64,000 nt of DNA from Lytechinus pictus (taxonomy: Eukaryota). Each line of letters starts with the position of its first letter. Position 1 is the first letter of the stretch. The notes beneath the pieces are model-generated. The model did no database searches. It had not been told where the DNA came from and saw nothing but the letters and a program-made list of their open reading frames with translations. This document shows, one piece after another, positions 1 through 13,455 of the stretch. The position numbers and the translations under genes were made by a program. The stretch spans positions 7,814,001-7,878,000 of the forward strand of contig NC_087252.1 in NCBI RefSeq assembly GCF_037042905.1, given 5' to 3'.

Positions 1-78
1 TTGTAATTAATTGCAAGAAACATGTTTGTGATTTAAAAAAAATCTATAAAATCTATCGATTTACTACTCCTACTTTTA

Positions 79-116
<38 letters not shown>

Positions 117-223
117 ACTACTACTACTACTACTACTACTACCAAAACTATTACATTGTAACTATATTTTTCTAATATGCCTTATACATATTCATCCCAC
201 AAATATATTAATCCTTGATACAG

Positions 224-322
224 CCGCAAGTGCATCTTGGTTCAACTCAAGCAAGTTTGGTGGGTGTAGAACTACACGAACTATAAAGATCTCAAATTGC
301 CTGTCAGAACCAGGAATTAAAG
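224..322 (+). CDS. Probable internal exon of EGF/YWTD (LRP-like) gene; gene start lies outside the window
   Basis: cag acceptor at 221-223, G|gtattt donor, 99 nt open phase 1-1 (ASASWFNSSKFGGCRTTRTIKISNCLSEPGIK), phase-compatible with the next exon; no recognisable motif. Confidence 0.5.
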
Positions 323-1255
323 GTATTTTAAAGAGTTAATTGTTCTAAGCATGCAGTAAAATATAGTTTGGGGATATTAAGAAAATACATGTAGGCCTAC
401 TTAGGTCTCGTACTCATATATATTGCTTTTATTTCATACTTATTTTGTGAATCCAAAATATTACCATTTAATATGACCAAAGTTTAGATTGATTGCTTTT
501 TAAAATAAAAATTGCCCTGTTAACATTCGTAGATTAGAAAGTGTATCTATAATTTTATTACAGTACGTGATTTTTGTGTTATTTTAAGAAATGCTTATAT
601 TTTGTAAATTTCGGGGTTTCGAGATGTGTCCTCAATTCGAATGTGAACGAAAGTTCGTGAGTTAATCCTCGCTTGCGATTGCTTGCAAGTGCGCACGCGT
701 ACACATTCCACATACACCCCCTCTCATACACACACTCTAATTTGCAGGGATTTTAAATAAATCGAATTTGGGAATTGATTTTAATCCTAAAGATTCATTT
801 TTGAATCTCAAAGGATTCAAATTCAAATCCTTTAAGATTTGAAAATAATTTTTGTACGGATTAAACTTATACCCCAAATGGTCCCAACTGGCCCACCTAA
901 ATTTATTTCTAATCCCTGCAAATTCGAGTGTAGGCCTACCAGTGCAGAAGAAGAAAGATATAACTGAATAATTCACCGAAATAATAAATTGTGGGGGTGG
1001 GAGAAAGACAAAATATGGGCTTACAATTGAAGTTACAATATTCTATATAATGTAGGATTTTAGAATCCGAGCTATATTTTTATCCACAAATTAAAGAAAG
1101 GAAAAATATTTAGGTTCAAAGTTTGCAAAAACAAACATTTAATCATCAGTGTTTTTATTATAGTTTCAACTCAGGTCTTCTAGATTCCATTAAAATTAGC
1201 AATTATGCTAGAAATCAGACACTAAATAATTTGCGTTTTAACGATTTCTTCACAG

Positions 1256-1423
1256 TGCCTACAGACTACATTGGTGACGTCACAACAATCAGAGGAGTTG
1301 ATACGAGTGTGTGTTACAGTAATCCGTGCAAGAACAACAGTTATCACACAGTGTGCACTGAGTCAGGGGACTCGTTTGAATGTGTCTGCCCAAGTGGGTT
1401 CAAAGGTCATACGTGCGAGATTG
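1256..1423 (+). CDS. EGF/YWTD gene exon, EGF-like domain
   Basis: ttcttcacag acceptor, gtaag donor, phase 1-1; encodes CYSNPCKNN..C..FECVCPSGFKGHTCE (six-Cys EGF pattern). Confidence 0.88.
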
Positions 1424-2263
1424 GTAAGATCGAATTATTGACAGAAATATATAACAGCCACCCCTTGATTCGGACTACCATTTTTTAAAATTATAAATAC
1501 ATGGGGCATGATCAGCTGATCAGATTTGTCAAATTCAATGTATTCAATTTATTATATTTGTAGAACTTAAGTTATCTTATATATATATATATTTGCTATG
1601 AAAACCATGCTAACATAGAGGTTTATCTGAACATGTTCTCCCGTAATGGTATTTTAATAAATAAAATAAATGAATGAAATGTGTAAAAACTCCCCGAGTA
1701 ATTACCCAAATGGATGAAATATGAAATATTCAATTCCGAATATATTCTTCATTCAATTTTTCAAAATCAGGGCTTTCTGGATAAAAGGAATCATGATTTT
1801 TCAAACAAATTATTGACATAGTATTTTTTTAAACATAGGAAATATCTGGAAAGATATTCTAAATTTACATGACCAGAGGGCCGTTTTATTCTCAAATCTC
1901 TTCTAGCTACATGTTACTTGAATACCATTTTGCAGAAAATGAATGTGCTGAATGTTTTACTTTTCCTTAATAGGGAAAATTCTAAATATGTGTGAAAATA
2001 TTATATCATACTAGTTATTATATTGTATTATATTATAAATATGCTTAGCGTATGCGTATGTATGGAAAGCTATATGAATGTGTGCACTCATTGGTGCATG
2101 AGTTAAGTTAAGTGTGCGAGGAGTGTGTTGGGTTTGGTTGAGGGATTATGTGCATGTGGGGGTGGATTGGCGGGCGTGTGTATACGTGTGTGTGAAAGAG
2201 AAGTCTACTTTAAATTTGAAATAAACCTCCTTGAAATTATCATGCTATCGGCGCTGAATAATT

Positions 2264-2647
2264 TATACCCCTTTCATAAACCCAATTATGCGGCTAATAG
2301 CAGCATAATTTGGTCGTAAAATCGGAGGAGGACCAGAGTTATCCGCATTATTTTGATGCTGCAATTATCCGCATAATATCGGCATCGGGACCAGATTTTG
2401 ACTTTATGAACGCATTTCCAAATAATGCGGATAATTGCCATGGTGCGGTCACAAGGTCACCCTTTTCCAACACAACCGCATCGGAGGGGGCGTGTGCAGT
2501 TGTCATGACGATTATCCGCCTTTTTCAGGACGGGCGCTCGTAAAAATAGTGCGGATTATTTTCGGAGTTTGTGAACGCAATTTTTATTGAATTATCCGCA
2601 TTACTCTTAGGCGGCTAATTGGAGGATGGGTTTATGAAAGGGGTATA
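2264..2647. mobile_element. TIR MITE
   Basis: TATACCCCTTTCATAAACCC...GGGTTTATGAAAGGGGTATA. Confidence 0.72.
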
Positions 2648-2838
2648 AGTGATTGTGCTGAAATGTCAAAATAGGGTTTTAGTAAGACTTGGTTGTGTTT
2701 ATGTGTGTGTGTTTTATATGTGTGCGTTGAGTGTTGGTGTGAGAGTGAGGGGAGAGCTGGAGTTCAGGATGTGTGTATCAGTACATACTTTCAATTCAGA
2801 CTTTAAAGTGATCTAGATATCGATGGTTTCCTATTTAG

Positions 2839-2952
2839 ATATCAACGAGTGTGAAAGCAGCCCTTGTCAAAATGGAGGGACTTGTAAGGACCTTGTCAAT
2901 GAATACAGATGCCATTGTTTCCCAGGCTATAAGGGACATCAATGCGAACTGG
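2839..2952 (+). CDS. EGF/YWTD gene exon, calcium-binding EGF domain
   Basis: 114-nt phase 1-1 exon (tttag...gtaagt) encoding [38 protein letters not shown]. Confidence 0.92.
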
Positions 2953-3834
2953 GTAAGTGAAATAGAAGTTCTAATCCGGCTGATAGCTCTATAAACTACA
3001 CACTCAGGAACTAATCAATCACTGGCTTCCTTTTGGTAAACTTAAATGACCATCATGTTCACCAATCTTCCTATAAATACCTAAGAATTCTAGTGTCTGC
3101 TCGTCCTGTCTGGTGAAACTTCGATGAAGAGTTCTTTTCAGAGCTTCAATCAGCCAAGAAAGATAACCCAACAGTCCTTTTCAGGACTATTCGTTATAAA
3201 CCGTAAATTTATCTAATATCTGTACACCATGAAAACAGTGAACATCGCCCAACTGGGAAAGGTTTTTAAAAAAATCGAGGAATGAAATCTCAAATCTTTT
3301 TCAAACATTCATTCCCATTCTCGGTCGAGTTTCCTTAAAAAAAACTTACTTTTGCAAGGGCTGCGACCAAAGACGTTATAACACTGTACACTTTAAGAGC
3401 GTGAGGGGCGACCGAACAAGGCGCAGTTTTATGAAATCATCATCACCCATTTGGCATATAAATGATTTCACTACACTGTTACAATTTCTTTCAATGGTTC
3501 AAAATGTATGCATATTTTGAATATAAACTTAGTATGATATAAAAAGTGCTACACGACGAAATATAGACCTACTTCACCGCTACACATTGCTCCGTCAGAG
3601 CAAAATATTACGTCATTTTGTAGACGTTTGACCGTTATCCATGTTCCCACACCACTTATCAATGGGTAAAATCTTGACGCCACGTTCTCTATCAATCGTT
3701 TTAACCTAGACACAGATTCAACATTTACATGATTTAAGTAATGAAATATGAGTCATATCGAATTAGCGTATTCTGGGACTAATCATGATAACAGTCCCTT
3801 TTTGTCAAAATAATCTCTACCTTAATTTGCCCAG

Positions 3835-4074
3835 ATTCGTCAATTGCCTTTCTTCTCAAGGAAAATAGTATTTTCGCGTGTAGCTTGGAGCCAAGGAAGT
3901 CTCTTCTGGATACTCCTTTCACCGAGCTCCCTATAAATGGAATGGAGAATCCCCATTCCATAGCTTACGATCCAGAGGACAGAATGGTTTATTGGGCAGA
4001 TAGGACCAGTGAGACCATCTCTAGGGCCACGATTGACGGAACTTTTCTTGAAAATATCCTTGGAAATTTGACAG
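3835..4074 (+). CDS. EGF/YWTD gene exon, LDLR class B (YWTD) repeat
   Basis: ccag acceptor, gtaagc donor, 240 nt; PHSIAYDPEDRMVYWADRTSETISRATIDGT. Confidence 0.9.
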
Positions 4075-4259
4075 GTAAGCCTCGATTTGACGTCCTGTGA
4101 TTAGAGTTTTGAAATTATTGTTAAAGATTTGTACTTCTTTATTCGGTTCTCTCTCGTCTTCTTCTTTTTCATCATCATCATCATCACAACTACCAGCAGT
4201 AACAGCATCATCATCTCCACTTCCACCATCAGCAGCAGCAGCATTGGTATCAGCACCCT

Positions 4260-4541
4260 CAGGGGTGAATCCAGGATTCTCAAGGGGGGCACATTTTCCC
4301 GATGCAAAATTTGACCAAAAAAAATAAAGGTTTTCAATCAAGAATTAAGTACATTTCGTCCGCGAAAAAAATTTGGCAAGCAAACCCCCACCCCCAAAAA
4401 ACAAGGTCCTCACTTTCAAAAGGGGCGGTACACTTGTGTTTTAACGGCAATTTTACATTACAAATTTTTATTGTGCCTCTCAAAGGGGGGGGGGGGGCAC
4501 GAGTTGACTGTGCCCCCCCCCCCCGTGCATATCCCCCAGTG
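4260..4541. mobile_element. hAT-like poly-G/poly-C MITE
   Basis: CAGGGGTGAAT...ATCCCCCAGTG, flanks AGCACCCT/AGCACCAT (7 of 8 match). Confidence 0.6.
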
Positions 4542-5524
4542 AGCACCATCATAAGCAGCAGAAGCCCATGGCACCACATCTTACTCTCAATCTGAATGAT
4601 GTCATAACCCAATTTATGTCCTTTATCATGTATATCAACATGGAGTTATCATGACTATATTCGTTGTTTACTGCAAAAACTCCGGTGTGGATTTACCACC
4701 AGCTCGGAATCTACATAATACTTCCACACCAGAGAATTGTTAAACAACACCAGTTTGGTTTTGGTCTTACACAAGATAGGTGTTTATACACCATCAATTT
4801 GTATTAAAACAGCATCGGTTTGATTCCAAACTGGTGTTGTTTCAATACTTCTAAGTCTGGTGTGAAAATATTATGTGGATTCCGGGCTGGTGGTTAATCA
4901 ACACCGGATTTTTTTGCAGCGTATATCTTGTACAGTTTGTTCATGGACCTGGTCCCCGGGGGGACCAATCCATGGGGTCTCGAAAAGCACCCTAAGCAAA
5001 TACTTTCCATATTCTGACAATGCACCCCTTAACAAGTATTGGCGTGTGAAACCCTACCCTTATCAAGATTTGGAAACAAGTATTCCCTGAATTGAACACC
5101 TAAACAAGTGCAGTGATATCTTAATTGTTATGTCACGGACGTCAGTTTTACCTTTACCTACATCATTGGGTTTAGTACGGCCCCACCTCCCACACATCGC
5201 GCAAATCGTACTTTAAACACGTACCAGTGTTGACTGTTTGGGCAAAAAGTACATCCTTTATAAAAAATATTATTTTGTTATACCCTCGCAAATTTGACTC
5301 TAAACACGTAGCTTTTCATTGTTTTAGTGTTTTTGACACCCTTATTACGTTACGGACGTAACGTGTCCTATTTTGAAAAATACATCCTTTTTGCGTGTTT
5401 TTTTGGGTCGCGCATGGTATCCACTCGTCAATGTAAGTGCCCCCCCCCCGGACCTGGTCTCAGGCAATCGACATGGTGCTATGTATCGTAATCGAGAGGT
5501 CTACCTTTTTGTTTCTCATGATAG

Positions 5525-5693
5525 GCCTGTCTAGTGGAGAGCTCACGCTGGAGTTTCAGGAGAGGAAGATTTACTGGGCTACGTATTTTGATTATTGCCG
5601 TATCGAACGAGCAAACTTTGACGGGAGCGATCGGGAACTTTTGACAGAAGATACCTATTACCCCCTTGGGATAGCTGTAGATAGAGTGAATAG
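5525..5693 (+). CDS. EGF/YWTD gene exon, YWTD-like repeat
   Basis: atag acceptor, gtatgc donor, phase 1 to 2; ERKIYWAT..IERANFDGSDRELL..YPLGIAVD. Confidence 0.88.
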
Positions 5694-6814
5694 GTATGCT
5701 ATGATTACATCGACAAGAAATCTAATGGGGCTCTGCAAGACACTTAACTGGCCCCCGGGCTCATTTGGATACTTGCAGAGACATCTCAGCAATGTCTCCG
5801 AGACATTAATTCCGATGAACATGTTCGATTTTTATTTATTTATTTTTTATCATTATTTATTTTTTTATTTTTTCCAGTTTTCGTATTATTTCCGCGTGGT
5901 CTCCAACACATCCACATTAGTTGTAGGGACGTCGCGGAAAATAATTACATTTCAAACCGCTTGGAAATCTCCGCAATGTCCATGCGATGTCTCAAAGACC
6001 TCTCAGAGACGGCACGGAGAACTGGGCCCCGTTGCATAAAAATAAATGTTATAGCAACTTTGTCATACTGGTAATTCGTTGAAATCCTTGATTCTAATTG
6101 GCTGACCATGGTAGTTACTATTGGTTGAATATCATAGTTATGCAACGGGGCTCTGTGGGAGACCAGAAAGATTTCACAAAAGGAGACGTCTCCTAGGTTC
6201 GACCGAAAGATATCCCATGTTAATTGGAGACCTGTCCGTGATAGTAGATTCTGAGACGTCCTAGAGACGTCTCCTTCACCGGTGTGTTGGTTTAGCTGGT
6301 ACCGTATCCACGTCACAACCGGGAAGTCGGGATCGAGTTAAACACGGTCCGCGTCAGACCAAGGAGATATCTCCTTGGTCAGACCAAAATACGTTAAAAG
6401 ATGGAAGTTGTTGCTACAATGTTTTGTGTTCAACGATTTGATGGATAGAAAAACGTCGATCTGGCGCAAGCTGCACAGCGGCTGCCGGGCCCACAAGCAA
6501 TTGGGCAAAATGAATTTTCGGAGGAATTCCTTATCTAATTTCTATTTCGAAAAATGAAATATGGATCTTTATTTTCATATTCATCCTGTGGTGAGATAAG
6601 GCCTAACATATTCATTAACATGAATAGATCCAAATTTAATGTTCGAATATTATTCTTTATGATATGGGGAGTGAGTGTTTTTCGATGTATATATTTCCAA
6701 TGATACGAAATATCAACAGGTATATAATTTCATAAGCAATGCATTTTCTTGTTGAGGAGCTATTCTTTTCGATAACCTATCCTGCAGTATATTTAAATTA
6801 TCAATTATTTGAAG

Positions 6815-6942
6815 GAAATTGTTTTGGAAGGAACAGTATTTTGTGAAGTCATCGGATCTGAACGGAGAGAATAAGATCATAATAGCGGAATCAAACGGTA
6901 CAGCAGCAAGTTGTATCTTCTACTATCAGAGAGGAATAGGAG
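6815..6942 (+). CDS. EGF/YWTD gene exon, degenerate YWTD-like repeat
   Basis: gaag acceptor, gtaatt donor, phase 2 to 1 matching both neighbours; RKLFWKEQYFVKSSDLNGEN. Confidence 0.8.
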
Positions 6943-6954
6943 GTAATTGCTTTA

Positions 6955-7205
6955 TTATCATTATTATTGTTATAATGATAATAACGATAACAGTGAAAAT
7001 TAATAATAATAACAATGATTAATAATAATAATGAATAATAATAATATTGATAATAATGATAACAAAATGATAGTAAATAAGGATGATGATAATAATAATA
7101 ATAATAATAATATACTATGATAATGATAATAATAACAACAATAATAATAGTAATAATAATAATTAAAAATAATGATAATAACAATAGTAATAATAATGGT
7201 AATAA
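6955..7205. repeat. (TAA)n-like microsatellite in an intron
   Basis: Visible degenerate AAT repeats. Confidence 0.85.
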
Positions 7206-7259
7206 GATCAGCAAAAACAACAATAATTCTTATTTCTTTCCTTCATTCTTTGTCTCCAG

Positions 7260-7594
7260 ACTCTGTGATCCTGTTTACCGATTACAAGTATAACATGGTT
7301 CAATCTGTTAGGCCAGATGGAAGTGACCAAAGGGAAGTGTTCCGATGGCCTGCAAGTCGCGTCATGCACATCACCGTCTACGACTCCACCATCTATTTCA
7401 CGACCAATAAGGGAGCAGGTGGCCTTGGGGAAGTCCCCCTGTCGAACGTGACAGCAGTGAGAGTCGGGGAGACTTTCCGCGTCAGAGGAATAGATGGGTA
7501 TAGGACTGACGTCACCGGGGATATCAAGGACATTCACGTCTATAACATGACCATGGTGACCCAACCATCGTCACAAGGGTTAACAGTGGGCTAG
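7260..7594 (+). CDS. EGF/YWTD gene, probable terminal coding exon
   Basis: Strong polypyrimidine tract + ctccag acceptor; ILFTDYKYNMVQSVRPDGSD and ITVYDSTIYFT propeller-like repeats; in-frame TAG at 7592-7594 (3' end uncertain). Confidence 0.75.
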
Positions 7595-8776
7595 CGTTTA
7601 ATATTGCCTGCTGAGAACAAGTATGTTCAGTGGCGGATCTACGGGGGGGGGGGGGGGGGGGGCTAGGAGATTTAAACCACCCGCTTGGGCTGCCATGTAA
7701 AAAATTAGTAATGACCAACATTTTGAACCAATTCCAAATTACCTTAATTTTTTGTGTGTGCTCGTCAAATATCGAGGTCGAACCCCTTCCTTGGAAGAAA
7801 AAGCTAGATCCGCCCCTGATATTACACAACGGGGGCTGGGGAACAAGGGTAGAGGTGTACTGTTGAAAGTTGGGGTAAAGGTCCGAGGGGAAGGCGGACA
7901 ATAATACTGACAATATATTAGAGGTTGTATTTTTTTTATTGTACATTTTCACTGACTTTTTCTACGAGATGGTTTTAAGCAAAAATAATCTGCTGAACTT
8001 TAGAGCAAAATGTCAATATGAGTGCGCAACACTATCGTAACTGACAAACCTAGCTCGTCAGGATGGGTAAACATCGGTAACCCCCCCAAAAAAAAAAGGG
8101 AGGGGAGAAATAAGGAGAGAAATGGTCATAAAAATTATCTTTACTTTCTCCTCTTAATCTGTGTATGTTGGATAAATAATTCTCATTTACTTTGAATGTT
8201 ATCAAAAGTAGTGTTTTATACGTGAATTTTGTAATGTTTGGCCATTTGAGATGTAGTACACACTTTAAATGTTGGGCAACATACTGTCCACTGTGTTGGG
8301 TAATGTATCTTGGTAATATATATATATACTATTCTTGGCGATTATTATCCAATTGAGCAAATTTATTACCTAGCTACTAGTTTTTATTACCTAACTTGGA
8401 CATATTTTAACCAATAGTTGTGTAGACAGTATATGTTGCCCGTGATGGTTAAAATTTGGGCCTTAATTTTTTTGTCCAACCTTTTTAATTTGCACCAAAG
8501 CTCGAGGAGCGTTTCATGAAAGGACTTGTCGGACGTTTTATCCGTCAAGTCATCATTTTATCCGACAGTTACCATAGTAACATTGCATCTCACGATATTG
8601 ACAAGAATGTTGGCACGTATACATTTTATTCAACTACCTTGTTAGATGTGAATGTAGTAGCTACTATATAATCTAAAAACTTTGACATGTTAATCTGAAT
8701 TAACACAAATTTCATTTTAAATGGAAATGGAACTTATAGAAAACTCATTTCAATGATCATGTTGGGTTGATATCTG

Positions 8777-9540
8777 GGCCCCGTCCTACAAAGATTTACA
8801 ATTGATCCAATCAATCGTAACTCTATGGAAATCCATCAGTGTCATGTTTTTTTCTACAGGAAATTTGCACTATGTCCTTTGTAAACAAAGAAAAGCACAG
8901 TGAATTTTAAAGAAAACAATTAATGCAAACCTATTCCGCATACATTCGTAATTCCGAAGCTTCGTTATTACGAAGGTTCGTTATTCCGAAGGTTGTTATT
9001 CCGAAGGTTGTTATTCCGAAGGTTCGTATTTCCGAAGGTTCGTTAGTCCGAAAACGAAGTGAGGTTCGTAATTCCGAAGTTTCGTTAATCCGAAAACGAA
9101 ATGAGGTTCGAAATTCCGATGGTTCGTTAGTCCGAAAACGAAATGATTAACGAACCTTATTTCGTTTTCGGACTAATGAACCTTCGGAACAACGAACCTT
9201 ATTTTGTTTTCGGATTAAAGAACCTTCGGAACAACGAACTTTATTTCGTTTTCGGATTATCGAACCTTCGGAATAACGAACCTTCGGAATAACGCCACAA
9301 ATGTTCGGATTAACGAACCCTTTTACGTTTTCGGATTAACGAATTTCGAGGTATAGGCAATTTACGTGTTTCGGAATTACGAACCTTCGGAATAAAGAAC
9401 CTTCGGAATTACGAAGTGTAACCGAATATACATCATAGTTAGAAAATATTTGAACAAACATGAATAATAGATGATGACGTTGCTGGCCGTCCATAGTTGT
9501 GAGTGATCGGATCAATCGTAACTCTTTGTAAGACGGGGCC
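8777..9540. mobile_element. PIF/Harbinger-like MITE (other copies ~14835-15105 and 40951-41228), containing a nested insertion
   Basis: GGCCCCGTC...GACGGGGCC termini with CTG TSD. Confidence 0.78.
8936..9424. mobile_element. Foldback element built from ttccgaaggttcg mini-repeats
   Basis: Tandem 15-mers that switch orientation at the centre; terminal ttcgtaattccgaag / cttcggaattacgaa. Confidence 0.7.
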
Positions 9541-11468
9541 CTGTTTTCGGACCTTTTAATAAATAACATAAATTGAATTCACTATGAGCATTGACAATAT
9601 TCAAACACCCGAGCACATGCGCTCCTCACCGGGGAGATGAACATATCCCCGGTTCCGCATTTTCGATTTTGTGACACAATTTGTAACAGAATTTGAAAAA
9701 CTTTAGTATCCACTTTCGCGATTTTAGATTCTGAGGAATCATTGACAAGATTTATTATGTATTAGGAATTATGTATATAGACCATGTTTATCTACTGTTT
9801 GTCTGAAAAATTTTAAATGTGTATTATTATGCTTTAAAAAAATAAAGAACCCTGTGGAAGGGCAAAAATGAAAAAAAAAATGCATCTCAGCCAATCAGAA
9901 TCAGTGAAAGGTGTCAGATATGACTACTAGTCGGATGAAAATCATGAAAATGTTTCTGAAATGCTCCGCAGATCTAGTCTTCATTGGACCGGTGTGGACA
10001 GGTCTTGACCTGTGACCCGAGAAGAAAGAGGAGAAGAAAAAGAGGAAGAAGGTGAAGAATAAGAATAAGGAGGAGAAAGAAAAGGAGAAGAAAATTGCCT
10101 ATAACTTAATAGCTTTGGCCGGTCTAGAGTCTGTTTCGCTGGTATGACTTTGGCCGTGCGTGTCGATCAGGGGAGGGGGATATATATCCCCCAAATATAT
10201 CAGGTGGGGTGGCCTATATATTATCACCCCCTCCCATTACTTTAATGTCAAACATTATAGTTCAGGGGCCGGGGAATGGTTTTGAAGTGGGGGGGGGGGA
10301 GGGTGTGCTGACCATGCAAAATTCACAATCAGATGGTCATCTCGAAGTTTTGTACACGGTTTTGTAAAAAAAAGTGGGAGGGGGGACACCCAAAGAGGCC
10401 GGGTGAAACCATGGCTTGTCTTTTTATCTGACCAAAATCACCTTAATTCCCTTTTGCAGTGATTTTTTTTCATTTCCCCCCAAACCAGTACCCCTATTCA
10501 ACAAAAATTTTCCCAGGGCCTTGGGTAAAAAAATAATTAAAATCAATATTATTAAAAATATCACGTCAAAATCTATCACAAAATTAGATTTTTAAATTTA
10601 AGAGGTCATTTTTTCGCTCACTCGCAGCTTTTTTTATAATAAATATTTTGCTCTTCACGCCTGTCAGACCCTAAAGATTTTATACCCATTAAGCCAATGA
10701 CCCCCCCCCCCTCCCTAAACTGGAGAAAAAAATCCCTCATGGAGAACATTTTTTGTCAGTCATCCCCCAACCATGAACACTGATCGACACCCATGGCTTT
10801 GATCGACATAATGACGATCTGATGACTAAATGCAGTCATCAGATCGTGATACGTATCCGAAACCTCAGCCCAAAAGAACAGAAAACACGCTGTCATTTCC
10901 AGTCGTCACTTTTCTCTCTTTTTTATGAAGAACAAAATGATGATGCTTTTTGAGTGCATGTAATATATCATTTATTTGACCGATACTGAAAGAGTTGTGA
11001 CGAATTACGACCATCATTCTTTATAATCAACCTCATCTTAAATACCGGTACTTATCGGTATACGACGAATTAAACGGAGTACTCCAGGACCCAGGCTGAA
11101 AATAATATCATTATCTTTCTCTTATTTTGTTTTAATCGCAATCAATTATCATACATATATAAAAAGTATCTTGGAAGAGAATAATTTACAGCAATGATTA
11201 TTTAACACATTAAGTATACAGCCAATCCTTATTTTCACATTCTTTGAAAACAGAATTTAAATGTATATAATAATATATGATAAAATGTAAAATAATAAAT
11301 TGCATGCTTCCTTTGCTGTTTCCTCCCATTTTTCGATCGAGAAACCCGGGAATCGTAAAAGAGGGGTTAGCAATTGATTGTGAAGATGATTTTTAATGAT
11401 TGCTTGTACATAATTAACAATGGAGTCAGCAATAGAGTAAAACAAGAACAAAAATAAATCAACCCTAT

Positions 11469-11782
11469 GGCCCGTATTCTGAAGTCGTGTTTAACTTAAA
11501 CTCAGGTTTAAAGTTGTGGTCTAAGTATGGATAGCCAGTTGTTACATAAATCATTAACAGTAGAGATATCATATTTCAGCTCATTTGGCTCTCCAATCAC
11601 TCATAATTGTCTAGGAAGTATAAAAAGATAATTGTCTTCACCATCGATGAATCAGGAAAGAGCACAGTAAACATAATAAACATACAACTTAATAAAATTG
11701 TTGACACTTTTGGCTTCCCATAATTTTAGCACAGAGTTAGACCGTACTGGTCTAAGTTAAACCTGACTTCAGAATACGGGCC
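11469..11782. mobile_element. MITE with 3-bp TSD (related degenerate copy ~61150-61588)
   Basis: TAT|GGCCCGTATTCTGAAGTC...GACTTCAGAATACGGGCC|TAT. Confidence 0.78.
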
Positions 11783-12705
11783 TATGCGATCAATCCTGTT
11801 CACAATGTGGATGAATTTTTTTTACTGTGGGGAGGGGGATCAAAATCTGCAATCATTACGAATAGAACTTTAAAAAAAACCTTCGCCCCTTTATTAAGTC
11901 ACTTTAAATTACTCGACTTGCAATGAGTACAAGCCATAATGCAGGTGCATTTTGGAAAACAGTGGGGCTGAAGCCAGCCCCCCCCCCCCCCCGTTCCGCG
12001 GCCCGTGTAATGGGTAATCCTTCGACGTATTACGTTCTACCTTTGTACGATCATTTAAATACTATAGTGCTTTATCATTTTCACCCTTCTCGTTGAACAT
12101 GGCACATTTGTGCTACCATTTCTTCATTATTTAGGCAAGTCGTTCTCCTTAAAAGAAAGTTATTATTTTTAAAATGAAAAAAAAAATACCTCGCAAATAA
12201 ACCAAGAGGCACATAAAAACACTTTTAGTTCTGCGACCCCACCCCCTCTCAAACAAGATGGTGGAGCAGTCTGCATTGTATACTAACTCTAATCTAGACC
12301 ACTCTATGTCAACACAATCATGTTGACATATCACCCGTTTGAAGTTCATTTTAAGTACTTAGATACATAAGTAAATATTGACTAATCTTATGAAAGTACA
12401 CACTATATTTGCTATCTACAGCTTAAAGTTATGTTATATAACACACTTGCAAAACATGATTATTAAAGTCCGGGTAATATTATCTTAATGACATTTGTAC
12501 ATGCCCCTGTAACTCCTTTCCAATTCAGTTTCATCCCATCTCTTTCTGTAACTCTCTTTACCCCTTTTCTTGCTCCCACCATCCGTCTCTCAATCTCTTT
12601 AACCCTTCTCGTTCTCTCACCATCTCTCCCACAATCTCTCTCTCTCTCTCTTTCTCGCTGGTCGAAACTACTTATACTAAATACACACCGTAGTTAATTC
12701 TTACC

Positions 12706-12864
12706 TAGTCTGCTGTGCAAACCCTTCACTCGAGTAAAGGGTCTGAATTGCAGCCTCATGCCTTGTGTACTGAAGGCCCTCAGCAAGTTATGTATGTGCT
12801 AGTCTTTGCGTGGAGACACACTTGTTGATCAAAGTTTCAATCAGGGTCTGTGCCTGAAGACTAG
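12706..12864. repeat. Short dispersed CTAGTC...GACTAG element (inverted copy at ~27957-28139)
   Basis: Two copies are reverse complements over ~160-180 bp. Confidence 0.7.
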
Positions 12865-12981
12865 TTCTTACCAACACCCACCTGGCTATCACACACATTG
12901 GCTTGTTCTGTTATCCGTCTTTCGTCTCTAGATTTCGTTTCAATATATGCCTTTGTCTGTATGTTCCGGAGGAGGCATTAA

Positions 12982-13375
12982 AGAGAAATTCCAGTATTTG
13001 CAGTAAACACTGATTTCATGAGAAAGTCTGTAAAACAAGGCTTAATTGTCAGTATATCATCGAGGATCTAGATCAGGTACAGTTACATAAACTGAACTTT
13101 GTGAAATCTTGAAATCTACGCTGAAAAATGTTCACACTGAAGATCACCAACACAGATAGGCACACGTGGGACAGTGTATTATTATTGCTAAAATAAAGAC
13201 CCGACGGAAGTGACCGAATCCGCGCTTATTTTGCTTATTTCTCAGCAATTACACAATTTCTTCCAGAATCCTTTGGCACATATTTTTTATTCATACAAAC
13301 AGACACTTAGGTGGTCATTATATTAGATTCTGTAAAAAGTCATTTTTAGATCGTTACCAAAACTGGAATTTATCT
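12982..13375. mobile_element. Kolobok-like MITE (partial related copy at ~45195-45568)
   Basis: TTAA|AGAGAAATTCCAGT...ACTGGAATTTATCT|TTAA. Confidence 0.75.
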
Positions 13376-13455
13376 TTAACTCAAGTTTCACCAAGTGTTG
13401 TCAAGAGTGTCAAGTTGGTTTTTGTCTATGAAGAAACTTATTTCATCATGCTATA

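Larger units (their letters stand above)
8593..9880 (+). mobile_element. Poly(A)-tailed retroposed insert
   Basis: AATAAA at 9841, A10 at 9871-9880, 9-bp TSD TGCATCTCA (8584-8592 and 9881-9889); splits a MITE. Confidence 0.72.

Noticed and set aside
8940..9420. Short regularly spaced repeats resembling a CRISPR array
   Set aside because: Eukaryotic context, no unique spacers, orientation flips at the centre; it is a foldback transposon
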